Positions 26,101-39,900 of a stretch of DNA of 64,000 bases are shown piece by piece. The stretch spans positions 12,028,001-12,092,000 of the forward strand of contig NC_047027.1 of the NCBI RefSeq assembly GCF_902652985.1. Reading direction: 5' to 3'. A program made the position numbers and the translations under genes. The notes under the pieces were generated by a model. That model saw only the letters and a program-made list of their open reading frames with translations. It had not been told where the DNA came from and did no database searches. Origin of the DNA: Pecten maximus (taxonomy: Eukaryota). The first letter of the stretch is position 1; each line of letters begins with the position of its first letter.

Positions 26101-29100
26101 TCTTTGCGGCTAAATACAGCGAATGTTGATCAGCTAACGAAGTATTTATTTCTAAAAACCTTTTCAAAATGTCTGCATGACCATGCTCAGCAGCTAAGTG
26201 AACAGCGTTAACACCTAATCCGTTTTTGAAGTATAATAATGAGTGGTTTTTAGACAACAAAACATTCACTACATCTGTGCGTCCATTTTGAGCAGCGATA
26301 TCTAGTAAACCGTAGCCCCATAAAGCTTTATATTTGCAAACGTTAACTACATCTTCCCACCCTCCTTTATTCGGGTGGTTTTGTACTCTAAATGAGTAGT
26401 TGCCACCCTCCTCTATCAGTGCTTTTAGTGTTTCCGAATTCCCAAACGCCGCCGCCAGAAATGAAGCAGTTACATTTGTGGATGTTAGGCTATTGATGTG
26501 TTGACTACCAATAGCTCTAATTAGCAATTTGGTTCCGCGAAAAGAATTTCTCGTTTTGGCCATTAGGTGGAGATGATGTGCTGTATACATATTCTTCAAA
26601 AAGTGTTTGCTGCGTTGGAATGAATGAAGAAGATCAGAATCTGATGACTCGGCCGTGTGTATGAATAGACTTAGTATATCTGTCATACTGTTGTTATGTT
26701 TACTCAAAAGGTAGTTCGCAAACAACTTGTGACCGTTGTGTGTAGAAATGTAATACTTATGATATCCGGAGCTGTTGCTAGTAAGGTAATCACAGATTGC
26801 CTTGTGATATATGCTTATATAGGTTTTGTGTTCAACGAAATTTGAAATTTGGTTTCTGAGCAGATCTCGCAGATCGTATGGATGATTTGTAACATTTAAA
26901 ATGGCTTCCAGTTCATCTAGTTGTAATCTTATATAAGAAGTACATAAAACCTCAAACACATTCCTAGCAACATCGTACAAATGTTCCTTATCACCAAATA
27001 CACGGTCAAGATTATAAGCATATAATTCACTAAGAGACTGGGGGATATCTGTTACTTTACTATGCGGAGAGTCTATCCAGAATTTAACGGCAAGATCCAC
27101 ATATAAAAAATTTGATCTACTGATATTTAAGATATGTTTTGTTACCACCTTCTTATCGGCGTGTATCCCAAACAAACGAGACATCACGGGTTTGTGTATG
27201 AACAGAATTTCTTCGAGATAGGCTGTGATGTCGTTTTGATTCTGGACATTCCCAGGCTCTTCTTGAAGTATTGTCATTTCAGGCAATTTCCTAGTAACTG
27301 CATTTATATTCCTAGCCGTAATAAAGAATTTCAGCCACCATGGCATTTTGCCGATTCGTTTTGATAAGACATCAAGAATAGATATATCGATGGCGGCCGA
27401 AACACCACACTCATCGATAGCGTCAATGACAACATACCTCTCCTCGTCAAATGTAAGTCCGCGTAAAGGATGAATGACTGCGGCGTCGATACAACCAACA
27501 GGATCCTCCGCACACTTGCTAGTTTGTAAAAAGGCCATCGCTAATCGACTAGTCAAAATAGCAAAACCTGCTTCTGGTAACTTACTTATTAACATTCCTG
27601 CGAGGTTTTTAATGAAATAATCTGGTTTCTGTGTACTAATAACGTCAAACTTACAAATGTGATATGATAAAATATAATTTTGTATACCACTTTTACTCGA
27701 CAGCTTACTGGTACAAAGAATGTGTGATACTAACGTAGATTTACCGTACCCCATCTTAGCTGTCAGCAGGATGCCTCTGGAAGGTGTACCGATTAAGGAT
27801 GTTTGGATCTTATCAATAAGCCACTCCCGGCCAAACAGGGGACGACGATCCTGAAGATAGCCGTCGAAAGTAAAATCAGATTCAAATGGACACGGTTTAG
27901 CAAATGTCATCGTTAAACATTCTGAAAAAAAGTTTGAATATTTAAATGAATATATGTACACGAGTGCGAGTGTTAGTTACAGTAGCACGTTGAAGTAAAA
28001 TAGTCTCTTTATAATGTTCAGATACTTAACAATCTCAAAAACGTTTAATGTATAAACCGCATATAAGATACCTTTAAATTAAGATTTTCCCTTTATTTCG
28101 TAAATTAAAAGTGTCCGCAACCACGTTTTCTAAATACTTGAATCAATGAAATGCAATATTACAATTCGATTGGCGTTCAATTCAATTCAATTATTGCGTT
28201 GTATACAGATTAGGCAGCAAAAAAAATTGAAATGTCGATGAAAATATACCACGCTTATATTAGAGAAGCATAATAGGAAATTGACTGACAATAATTGCAT
28301 CTGACTTGTTTCTATAAAAAGAGACTGATATTTCAAAACAAGCCGATTTGATTTTTATTCATCAATTTCGATTTAATCTGCAAATGATAAATTCAAATAC
28401 AATACAATATAGACAGTATATCAAGGAAGAAATTAATAGATGTTGCGACCTTTTCGGGAGTAATATACGACGGAAGAGTAGAGCTTGAGTACAGAAAAGG
28501 TACGTGGAAGAAATTTCGAAGACGAGTGGCTTCCAATTTTTCAAATTACACTATCATTACATTCGATTACATATTTTTATTTCCCGTAAATCGACCAATT
28601 TCGAATTGCGTTCCCTTTCCCTTATCTGTTTAACATTACCTTTTTCATCGCTGAGTCCTTTCCTAGTTGTATCATTCCAACGGATGTTAACCACCCAGCC
28701 AATCACGAGGATAAGTATACATACTATCAATGAGGCAAGTAAGTATTTTCTGTATCCGTCATTGTTCTCTTCGTCACGCACACATAATCTCATTTCCTGA
28801 ATGTTTTCATTTCGGTCCAATATATCTCTTTGGGCGTCGTCGTGTGGATTCAATGCAAGGACCAGATGGTTCTTAATATTGTCATCCTCTGTTATAAGAT
28901 CTAAAACGCATCTTGATTTTAAACGTTTCAGTTGTGAAATAGCCAGTTTGCCACTCCCGGTTCGAGAGATTTCTGGGAGGTTGAGGAATGAAATAAGATT
29001 CCTTAAAGCGGCCTTCTTTTTTGTATTACTTACTTGAAGATGTCCATGAGCGAACAGGGCGTTCCGAACATCTCTAACACGCTGACAAGTCAGAACAGGA

Positions 29101-29534
29101 ATGTTAAATTTTGTACAGTTGTGTAACACATGTAATCCTACAGAAAGGTCTTCTGTGAATGGAGTCCTTACCCTCCACCATTCTGGGGCGAAAGCCTTCA
29201 CCATCTCGTCGACATTTTTGGGCAAATCTGATGAATTAATCTCTTCCCATTTGATGTGTCTTTTTCTTGCCCTGTATTTGTTATATAACATGATTTGTTC
29301 TTTCCATTTGATACACGTCGGACACCATGTTGAAAACTTTCGTTGGGTCTTGCTACAGTTTCTTCCACAGATCGGCAGTTGTGCGCATGCTCCATACTTT
29401 ATGTCGTGGTGCAAAGCTAGAAAAGTACCCTCCAGATATTCTGATATTCCCTTTGTCGTAACAGAAATTGCTACAGCCACGTCAAGCCAATTGGAAAAGT
29501 CGATGTCTCGAATCTGTTGATGTAGCGAATCCAT
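23122..29534 (-). pseudogene. Paralog A: HEPN(DUF4559/CXorf38-like)-TM-NACHT-ankyrin gene, disrupted (pseudogene or truncated 1174-aa form)
   Basis: Coding exons 29534-28640 and 27921-23122 with a phase-1 GT-AG intron at the same position as in B and C. Motifs: RNALFAH, TM YLLASLIVCILILVIGWVV, Walker A AKMGYGKS, Walker B VVIDAIDEC. There is a 4-nt insertion (CCCT, ~25312-25315) relative to C and an in-frame TAA at 23379-23377. Confidence 0.85.
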
Positions 29535-32500
29535 GGTGATGCGACTGAAATAAGGAATGGAAATTGATATTGACTATATTGCATGCATTTTCAGAAAATC
29601 TACTCCGACGTTAAAGGATAATAATATTTGTTATACAAATGTATCAACGTTAAAACATTGTACGACTCCGCGATTTATATCTTTCTATCTTTATGTACCA
29701 TTCAAAACAATGAAGCGAATTTAAGTTTCTATTGGGTAAATACTGCTTGGCTAGAGAGAGTTGTTTTCAGTTCGATCGAATGAGCATAAACTAAGTATGC
29801 CATGTGTTATGGATTCGATCCCCTACGAAGTCATTCGACTATATCTATCATTATATACATTGCATTAACGTGTCATTAATACGGTAAAGGTCATAAGGAT
29901 TAATACATGGTTTGTAAGAATGAAAAAATCATACAGCAAACACAACACTTAAAACAGGTCTTGAATCACCAACGTATATAATTTAAGATTAAAAATGTGC
30001 TTATCATATCTTATGGCACAGAAAGACAGCTGACAGATAATTAATCATTTTTCTTATTCTTTGAATATAAGTTTACAGAATAATGTTATAGAAACTCTTA
30101 CAGGTTATAAATCAGTACAATCAGATAAGATATGTTTAACAGTAAATGGTACAGTTTACATTATCATGCTCATCGATATAATCTATCTATGGATATCGGC
30201 CCCATAAATGCGATATATTGATGATCTGTTTTGTATTGTTTTACGTGATAATTGGAATCGCGTTCTGGTTCTGCAGATTGATATATGTCGGCAGCAATGA
30301 CAAATAGTGTGTTAATAAAGAAGAATCCTTGTCGAGGAAAAAAGGTTTACAGACATAAGGCGTACATTCTGTCCCAGCATGTAGATATATAATAGTTCAA
30401 TGCGCCATTTTTATTGAAAATAAATGTATCAGTCGAACTAGTAACACTAAACGTTTGGGTATATAAGAGGTGTATTTTTCTCTTATGACGGTGTCTACAC
30501 TCATTTATAACACACCTAGACGCTTGACACACGAGTCATGGAAGCGTCTCGTTGATTCCGATGAATAATAACAAAAAAATGAATGACAGAAACCACGAGG
30601 GAAGACGTGATATAGGGCCAAAACAAAAAAGATAAAACAAGTAACCGACTTCGGGCGTACTTTTACAATTAATATGGGTGTTATGATAGTAAGTGTACAT
30701 AGGGGCGCAGCTGCACAAATATCTAACACGGTCGTGGATGCTAACGATGATGAAAGAGACATTTTGAGATTTATTCATCAAGCCGATTAACACACGCAGC
30801 ATCTGACATACCGCTCGATAATCTGGAGAATATTAAAATATCAGCTACGCTTTTGAATCGATAGCAATATCTTATAAAACCATTGCTCTGTCTATGTGTG
30901 CGGAGTTGAAACGTAAGTTGTAATGTAATTAATCGGTATTGTTTTCCTTCTATCTTCAAGGATGTATACAATTTCACTTTGAGACCTAGTATTGCAATTT
31001 GTTCAATTTATATGGTCAAGAGTGATGATTATAGTTCATTTACTTCCTCTGTTCTGTTTAGGTATGAGATTACTCATTTCATATATTTCACTGCCTATTA
31101 AATATTTTGTTATCACTATTTCACATAAGTAGTCATTGCAGGGTGGATCGAAAATGGGCTGTTTGAGTCAACTATTCAATATTACTGATTTGTTGTGAAT
31201 TCTTCAAAAACATTCTTCTCATTCACTAATATTGTGCCTTTGATATGATATTTTTTTAGGTTTTTTTTTTTTTTTTTTTAATGACAAGTATAATTTTATC
31301 AAGGAACAGTATGTCATTAAATAAACGTTGGATTTTTAACATGCATATTATTGTTTTGTTAGTTATTTGTGTATGGAACCTGGATTAATATACAAGTTAA
31401 GTTTTTTTTAAATGTAGGGAAAAGATATCGCTCGCACAACATCAGGAGCCTTCGCCTCTTAAAATCTCTAAATAAAATTTCCGGCAAAAAAAAAAAAAAA
31501 AAAAAAATCGCTCACTCGCTCCCTTTTATTTTTCCACTTTCCAAAAGAACAACCATTTAATTTGGCGTGTACTAGAAAACTTCTTTCAAAAATGACACTG
31601 GTTTATAAAAAACGAACATTCAGTTTTGGCGCTCTAAGATACAACAGTGATACAGAAGAAGTATTGTCGAGGAAAAAAGTTTAAATAAAGACATTTATTC
31701 ACTATATATCACTACGTGAGTCTTATTGAAAACGTTCCGAATTAATACCAGTCACACTTGTAACATACGTGTACTATAGCTTGTGTCATGTGTCTTTTTA
31801 TATCGTATGTGGGCTACCCGTGAGAGTGTATATAGTAATTTGAAATTGTAAATTGATCTTCTTCCTGTACATCTCTGTCTACATTCCTGTATAAATATAA
31901 ATTGTTGTGTTGCAAGTCTTACCGAAAAGATTTACGTCTATTTTTAAATTCAAAATAATGATTACGTCAGACTATGCTTTCAATGATAGAAAATGTATTT
32001 TGTGTAACGGCCCATTACCTACGGTTTTGTTTGATTTAAATCGGACAGTGGACACGACACGAAGTGCGCGGAAGTGTTAGGCCGTTTGAAGTTCGACTAT
32101 ATGCCGTTGTTTCATGAAGTCTCAAGAAATAATTACAACACACATATATATATTATATATATAGTAAATCATGCCAGTTTGAAGACAGAAATCATACTGC
32201 TTTTGATTTAAACTGTTAACAGACAGCTGTGAACACTTTTCACAGTGATGAAACTAGTCAGCCGAACAGCCCGAGTAATTTACCGTGACTGTATATTGAC
32301 TTTTGCCTGTCTTTTAACTTCAGGTGTAGTATTAAATCTTTAAATAAATGTTCTTGTTTATACTCACATGACAATATTGGTAATAACGTTTCGCTACCCT
32401 CACTTTATAAAGCTTGGTAATCCAGTGTCTACCTTATACTTCCGTAATGGCCGACAGTATACTGTAAATTACGCAACGGTAAATATCTTCCTGTTTAAAA

Positions 32501-32749
32501 TTAGAACATAATCTTCTGTACTCATTCAAATGTACAAGTTAATGGTTGTATCATAACCTACACAAAACAAATATACCCCACGTATATCAGAATGAAAAAG
32601 CATTTAGCTTGGTATTTTCAATAGGACTAAAGGAGTGGGATTGGAAAAGGGAGACCCTTTAATATTACCACCCGTTAAACGCTGTAGATTTCACACATGA
32701 TTCGTGTGTAGATGTTAAGACTGGTCTATATCGATTCAATTAAGTCATC

Positions 32750-33420
32750 CACAACTAAATACAGCCCTTCACAATACACTAAAATCAACAAATGCCAAGT
32801 ATAGTATTATGAAGAATGTGTCTTTAAATCTCAGGTGATGTTGATGAATTTCATTTAATCGCCCTATATACAATGTATCTCTTCTGTGTCCCAGTACCGT
32901 AGAATAAATCTACATCCAGAATAAAGTGTGCTAAAAATGTTATAATAATTTAACTTATGGACATATTTTGAAAAAATACTGTTGAATCTAGAATATGGGG
33001 TAAGGGAGTTCGACTCAAATTTCACGACATTGTCAAAATTACCATTACGGCTTTGAAAAAAATCAGGAGACACAAACGAAATCCATTTAATATATTCCTT
33101 TCAAACCGTTTATTCTGCGGTAATCAGCACCTGGCAACTGAAACTGGTAGATAGAAGGGTCAGCGCAGTTCTGAGAGAATATCTGCCTTTTGTTTCAATA
33201 TGTACCAAAGATCTGTGGTCGAAGACGAGAAAGATTTTCTCGTTGAATGTTCTTTACACGAAAAACTTCGAGGAGAGCTGTATCAGAGTATATTTTTTCC
33301 TTAAACAGTGACACAGCTAGTATAGTTTGCACTCTTATGACCGACCTACAATATGCAAAGAAGTGAGGTATGTTTTGAGAGATACCATTAAGGCCAGAGA
33401 AGACTATCAGAATAAACAGT
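32750..33420 (+). mobile_element. degenerate LINE ORF2 3' fragment (L2/CR1-group-like)
   Basis: The relic translation RLFCGNQHLATETGR*...ER...C...VEDEKDFLVEC..LR matches the H-L-x-I-E-x-G-R...VEDE-x-HFL-x-x-C C-terminal zinc-knuckle region of LINE ORF2. Confidence 0.6.
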
Positions 33421-34699
33421 GTCAAGTTTGAATTTAAAAGTTTTAAGTGTAAAAAATAAAGTTTTTGTATATTATATTATAAGATACTATACATGTATTG
33501 TAGTTATATTTTTATACTGGTAAGTTAGTAAATTAGGACAATTTTAATCTATGAACTATATATGTATAATTGTAAGTCGTATCCGAAAATCAAGGTAATA
33601 GAAGGGAAAGTGTATACTGTTATTGCACAATATGATTAATATTAATAGTACTACGTGTATTTTCTTATATCTATCAATATTTGTGTCACAAAAGGAGATA
33701 ATAAATACATTATACATTTTTGTCATACAGTCTTTTTGCCATCGCTTTCTTGATTTTTATAATATATATGATGTTTATATTACTGATTTGCATAAAGACT
33801 TGCACATCTTATATTGTATATCAAACTTTTCTTGCAATGATTTGTTAAATTCGTAAATATTATATTTCGGAACAAATTATATGCTTTTTTCTATGATGTA
33901 CTGTGGGCTGGAGGCCTTAAATACTGAATAAAATAAAAGTTAGTTAATGAATTAAATACCTTTATAATTTATGTAATACTGCACATCGAGTTTCCTCGAA
34001 ATATTTTCAAATTTACTCACGATATCGTGTAAAAATAACGAAGAACAATTACGGTATAAGCTAGAAACAAATCCATCGTCGAACTTGTACCAGATCTGAT
34101 TGATATAAGGCTGTATACCAAATTACATCAAAATCTATTCATGTGTATTCTAGTTATCGTTTTTAATAGAAAAAAGTTGACATATGACTACCAAAGAAAG
34201 GGGATAACCATGAACCTTCAGCCCAGGTAACCTAAAATACCAAATCTTAAACAAGTATTACAAACCTCCACAACATCGGCCACAAGCAGTACTGGGCCAT
34301 TTTGTTCACTGTTCCTTACACCACATACGCCTGCACTTAAAGAGTCTCTTTCAACATTTCACTCACTCCAATCATTTAATACACTGCCATTCATTGTTTT
34401 TAGTTCCTCCATTAATAATATCCTGATATAATTTTAATACCAACATTTTAAATCACAATATTAGGAGCATATGTTGTCAATTTTATTTCTAGTCCCTTGT
34501 TTGGGTGTATATGATAACCGGGAACTGCTGCGTAGTCAGTAATAAAATGTACTTCCTGATGGAAAACAACATCACCGTTACCATTTTCAGTTTAAACATA
34601 TCTCTGTAATTGCACAATCTAATACCCACAGTAATATTCACAGTAATGCTTTTACCTGTAAGCTCACTGAATTGAAGTATTGAACGTCAGTATCCGACG

Positions 34700-34870
34700 C
34701 AGTGGTAGCGAGTGTGATAGACCGTGAATTGCTCTCCTTTGATTGGACAGGTGTTTGAGATTGGGTGAGTACAATTATAAACACGGTCTTTTTCACCTTG
34801 ACTGGGATCTTAAACAGACTCCTCGTAGGTACGTTATAATCCAGCCATTTCTGTAATATTTTGCAAGCTT
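34700..34870 (+). promoter_or_regulatory. candidate core promoter and short non-coding first exon of paralog B
   Basis: Reverse CCAAT box GATTGG at 34741, TATAAA at 34776 and donor CGTAG|GTACG at 34829. The block is conserved with 46770-46930 upstream of paralog C. Confidence 0.6.
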
Positions 34871-36925
34871 TCATATACTACAGAATGATAAGATAGTATG
34901 TAAGTATTTTACATGTATTTGTGTACAGCATTTACTGACACTGTATCAACGCTATCCGGTCCTGGGTGATATTGAAGCCGTGGAGCATTACTTTGTGTTT
35001 ATTACATCTACCCAGACCATGTTTGTGTCTACTGGTGATATATTGTTGCTTTCTGTTATAATTTTCTCTGACTCAGATCATTAAATACCAACAAGTACAT
35101 ATTAAACTATGTAATGGAGATCTAGGGTTGACTGAGTATATATCGCCTGCTATCGATTGCGGGTGTTATCGGCTTTTATTTTAGTTTATGCTCTATTTGA
35201 GAAGGTATCCCACTAGGCTAGACCTTTGTCTGTCATGTATAGAACTATGACGATGATTCTAAATTTAGGTTGAAGTGGTGGGGTTTTATTGTGTAGAGGT
35301 AACTCACTTCCTGTTTATTGTTTGTAAGCAGCATGCCTGTGTTGATATTTTATTACATTTCCCATTATTGAACATTTGATACAGTTAATTTATGAAAATC
35401 TTATAAATTGCAATATCGTTTCGCTTTCGCTTTAATCCTTTCAATGCTATTCTTATGTCTGGAAATTTATCGATCGAAATTATTTTGTGAGCTTTATGAA
35501 ATAATCATTATTGTGATTTCATTAAGGTTTTATGAGTGACATCAGATGGTTGCTTACTTTCGGTTTATATTCCTGGAAGTTTCCTTTTCTTAGTAAATTG
35601 TCAAATTCTCTTTCACTTTTGGTTTAGAAAATGTGTGAAAATATGATTTTGTGTTTAAGGTGTCTTCTATTTCAAACAGGAACAAAAATTATTTCATGTC
35701 CTATAAGTTAACGGAACGTGACACCATATAAAACCGTGTAGCCGGTTTAATATGTTTTTCGTAGAAATATTTCATACCCTGACATATTGTGGGTTATATG
35801 GTTCTCATCAGATATATTGAGTTTGATTGTGTAGATTTCCTGTAAACCTCAATACTCTTCTATGAGGTCAAGAATCAAATACTTATCAAATGGGAGGGTT
35901 CCATATTTTGTGGTTGTAATGTTCATACATTCTGTATTGCATCTGCCTATATGTCATAAGTATCAATTGTATTCATTAGACTTTATACGGCAATTTACAG
36001 TGTTTCGGTCAGTGTAAAAATACAGCTCTAGGTGTAACATATTAAAACAATGGCCGCCAGTTACTGTTCCGGTATTTTAACTTGATGACGTCAGTGATAG
36101 GGGTCCCAGGGGTTGTTTGATTGTAAGTTGTCCATTGGTCTGTCTACAGTGAACTAGTGTTCACTTCCACGATCAAATCAGTGTCTTCTCGGAGTCCCTG
36201 GCTAGGTCAGGTGAGCGTTAGTATGCTGTGTTAACATTCATATGTAGGTTGATTTTGTGTTTTAATTGAACAGAACAAAATCACAATAATTGTTTTAGAT
36301 AAATGCATTGATCAATCATTTCCTAGTTAAAAACTGGAATTAAATGTTTCGTTGCCAACGTCTCTATCTTGATATTTTCTTATGTCCCCATTCCACGTGA
36401 CTGGCACGAACAACCTCATGATCGGTAATTTGGCAACCCATTAACGTATCTCTTCGTACAAATTAACATGATACAATAATTCATCATTTAAAAACATGAC
36501 AATTTGTTGAACGTTTCTCTAATTATTCACGTACAATTATTCAAATGTTTTAAAAACGGGCCTTATTTGACAAAGTGTCATCTTATTTACTACTGTTTTG
36601 ATAAATTTGACGACTTTTTGCATTTCCGTAAGAATGTAAAGCACTTTTCTTTGCTTTTGCACAACTACCTTCACGCACTATATAAGGCATATATAGAGCC
36701 ATTTAACAGTTGCAAACATTCGCTTCAGTTCAAGAACACGCCATATTAATTAGTTTTGACGTGGATTTATTACCCAGGTGACCCTATCGTAGTGGCATAC
36801 CTTCCTGCTGCTACTTTTTGGTTTTTTTATCATCTATGTTTGTCTCGAAAAGAAATTTTGTCAAAATAAATTGCAAAGGTATCAGTTTGTTATTAATGTT
36901 CATTCTTTGTTTTAGACTCATTACT

Positions 36926-39900
36926 ATGGATGCACTACATCAACAGATTAGAAACATCGACTTTTCAAACTGGCTTGACGTGGCTGTAGCTATTTCTGTT
37001 ACGACAAAGGGAATATCAGAATATCTGGAGAGTACTATTCTAGCTTTGCATCAAGAAATAAAAAATGGAGCATGCGCACTGTTACCGAACTGCAAACAGA
37101 ACTGCAGCAAGACTTTACGAAATTTCTCAACATGGTGTCCGACCTGTGTGAAATGGAAGGGACAAATTAAGTCATATAACAAATACAGGAATAGAGAGAG
37201 GAAAATAAAATGGGGAGACATCAATTCATCAGACTGGCCCCGGAATGTCGACGAGATGGTAAAGGTGTTCGCCCCAGAGTGGTGGAGAGCTAGGACTCCA
37301 TACACAGAGGACCTCTCTGTAGCGCTGCATGTCATTCAAAACTGTACGAAATTCAACATTCCCGTTCTGATTTGTCAGCGTGTAAGAGATGTTCGGAACG
37401 CCCTGTTCGCTCATGGACATCTTCAAGTAGACAATGCCGAAAAGAAGAACGCTTTCAGGATTCTTCTTACAATCCTCAAACTGCCAGAAATCTCTCAAAC
37501 CAGATCTGGTCGATTGGCTATTTCTCAACTGAAACGCTTAAAATCAAAATGTGTTATTGACCTTATGACAGAGGACGAAGCTTTTCGACATCACTTGGTC
37601 CTTGCCCTGAATCCCTACAAGGACACTGATAGAGAAATATTGAACCAATATGAACACGTGAAGGAATTGAGACTATGTTTACGTGAAGATCAAAACGGTC
37701 AATTACAACGAATATTGACAGAGCGAACACGAATTGTCGGTAGAGTATATGGAAATGGGCGATTTGCAATTGCCTTGATAATTTCTTTCATATGTATAAT
37801 TATTATCCTGTTAAATATTGGTCACAGGGATGACACGACATGGGAAGGACTACACAATGAGAAAGGTAGGTTTGCTTTGTGTCTTCAGATCAAATAACCT
37901 CCGATTTTTTTGATTTTTTTTTTGGAGGGGGGATGGGTGACGATAACACACTCTGTCTTTCAAAATGTTTTATCCCAGCGACTATTTTATCTAACACATG
38001 ATATTTAAAAGAGAAGGCAACAATTTAATAATTAAGAAAAAAAGTTATGATGCTGAATAATTGGTAGACTTCTATAGAGCACCAGATTTATCTTCTAGAA
38101 CTTGTCAGTAATGCCACAGACAAATTTCGTAATATTTTCTAATAAATCGGATATATTTTCCTTAATATTTTCGTCAAGTGACAAGATAAGGAGTGTTTTG
38201 CTCTTTTATGCAGGTATTGATTGTCATGTCATGAGTTTGCGTGAGAAAATCATGTCGTTTTCTCACAAATTCACGACGATACTCTCAACAAGACTGCATT
38301 ACGAAAGGACAGAATAATATGATTACAAAATTTTGTTTCCTCCGACGAACTATAGTATAGGAAAATAACTGATTTTGCCTTTCAGGTTGTTTGCCGATGA
38401 CGTTTTCTAGCCCCTGCCCATGGAAACCTGATTTTACCTTCGACGGCTATCTGACAAATCGTCCTATCCTCATTGGGCGGAATTGGCTTATCGACAAGAT
38501 TCAAACATCTCTATTTGGAACATCTTCCAGAGGTATCCTGCTGACAGCAGAAATGGGTTACGGTAAATCTACGCTAGTATCGCATGTACTTTGTACCGGT
38601 GAATTAACAGAAAGAAAATTGTTACACAGTTATATTTTATCATATCACATTTGTAAGTTTGACGTTATCAGTACACAGAAACCAGATTATTTCATAAAAA
38701 ATCTCGCAGGAATGTTAATTAGTAAATTGCCAGAAGCAGGTAACGCTATTTTAACTGATGAATTAGCAATGACCTTTTTAGAAACAAGCAAGTGTGCAGA
38801 GGATCCTGTTGGTTGTATCGATGCCTCAATCATTCATCCTTTACGCGGACTTACATTTGACGAGGAGAGGTATGTTGTCATTGACGCCATTGATGAGTGT
38901 GGTGATTCGGCCGCCATTGGCATGTCTATTCTTGATGTCTTATCAAAACGAATCGGCAAAATGCCATGGTGGCTGAAATTCTTCATAACGACTAGAAACA
39001 TATATGCGGTAACTAGTAAATTGTCTGAAATGGAAATACTTCATGAAGTGCCTGGAAATGTTCAGAACCAATACGACATCGCTGCCTACCTCGACAACAA
39101 TCTGTTCTTAAACAGACCCGTGTTATCTCGTTTGTTTGGTACACATGCTGATAAGAAGGTAGTAACGGAACACATTTTAAAGATAAGTGGATCCAATTTT
39201 TTATATGTGGATCTCGCTGTAAAATTTTGGATAGACTCCCCGCACAGCAAAGTAACAGATATCCCCCAGTCTCTTGGTGAATTATATGCTTATAATCTTG
39301 ACCGTGTATTTGGTGCCAAGGAACATGTGTACGATGTTGCTAGGAATGTGTTTGAGGTTTTATGTACATCTTATAAAAGATTACAATTAGAGGAATTGGA
39401 AGCCATTTTAAATGTTACAAATCATCCATACGATCTGCGAGATCTGCTTAGAAATCAAATTTCCCATTTCGTTGAATACAAAACCTATATAAGCATATAT
39501 CACAAAGCAATCTGTGATTACCTTACTAGCAACAGTTCCGGATATCATAAGTATCACATTTCTACACACAACGGTCACAAATTGTTTGCGAACTTTTTTT
39601 TGAGTAAATACAACAACAGTATGAACGACGTACTAAGTCTATTCATACACGTGGCCGAGTCATCAAATTCTGATCTTCTTTATTCATTCCAACACAGTAA
39701 ATACTTTTTGAAGGAGAACATGTCCTCGATACGCCATCTTCACCTTATGGCAAAAACGAAAAATTCGTTTCAAGGTACAAAATTGCTAATTCGAGCAATT
39801 GGAATTCAACACATTAATAGTTTAACATCCGCAAACGTAACTGCTACATTTCTGGCGGCGGCGTTCGGTAATTCAGAAACACTTAAAGCGCTGATAGACG

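Noticed and set aside
29101-29520. Antisense and alternate-frame ORFs repeated in all three paralogs (also 37051-37335 and 53999-54217)
   Set aside because: They are shadows of the conserved sense coding sequence, with inconsistent lengths and no motifs.
36818-36925. N-terminal hydrophobic extension of the 359-aa ORF as a signal peptide
   Set aside because: It begins at TTG, lies upstream of the conserved splice acceptor at 36915 (pyrimidine tract) and is not conserved in A or C.
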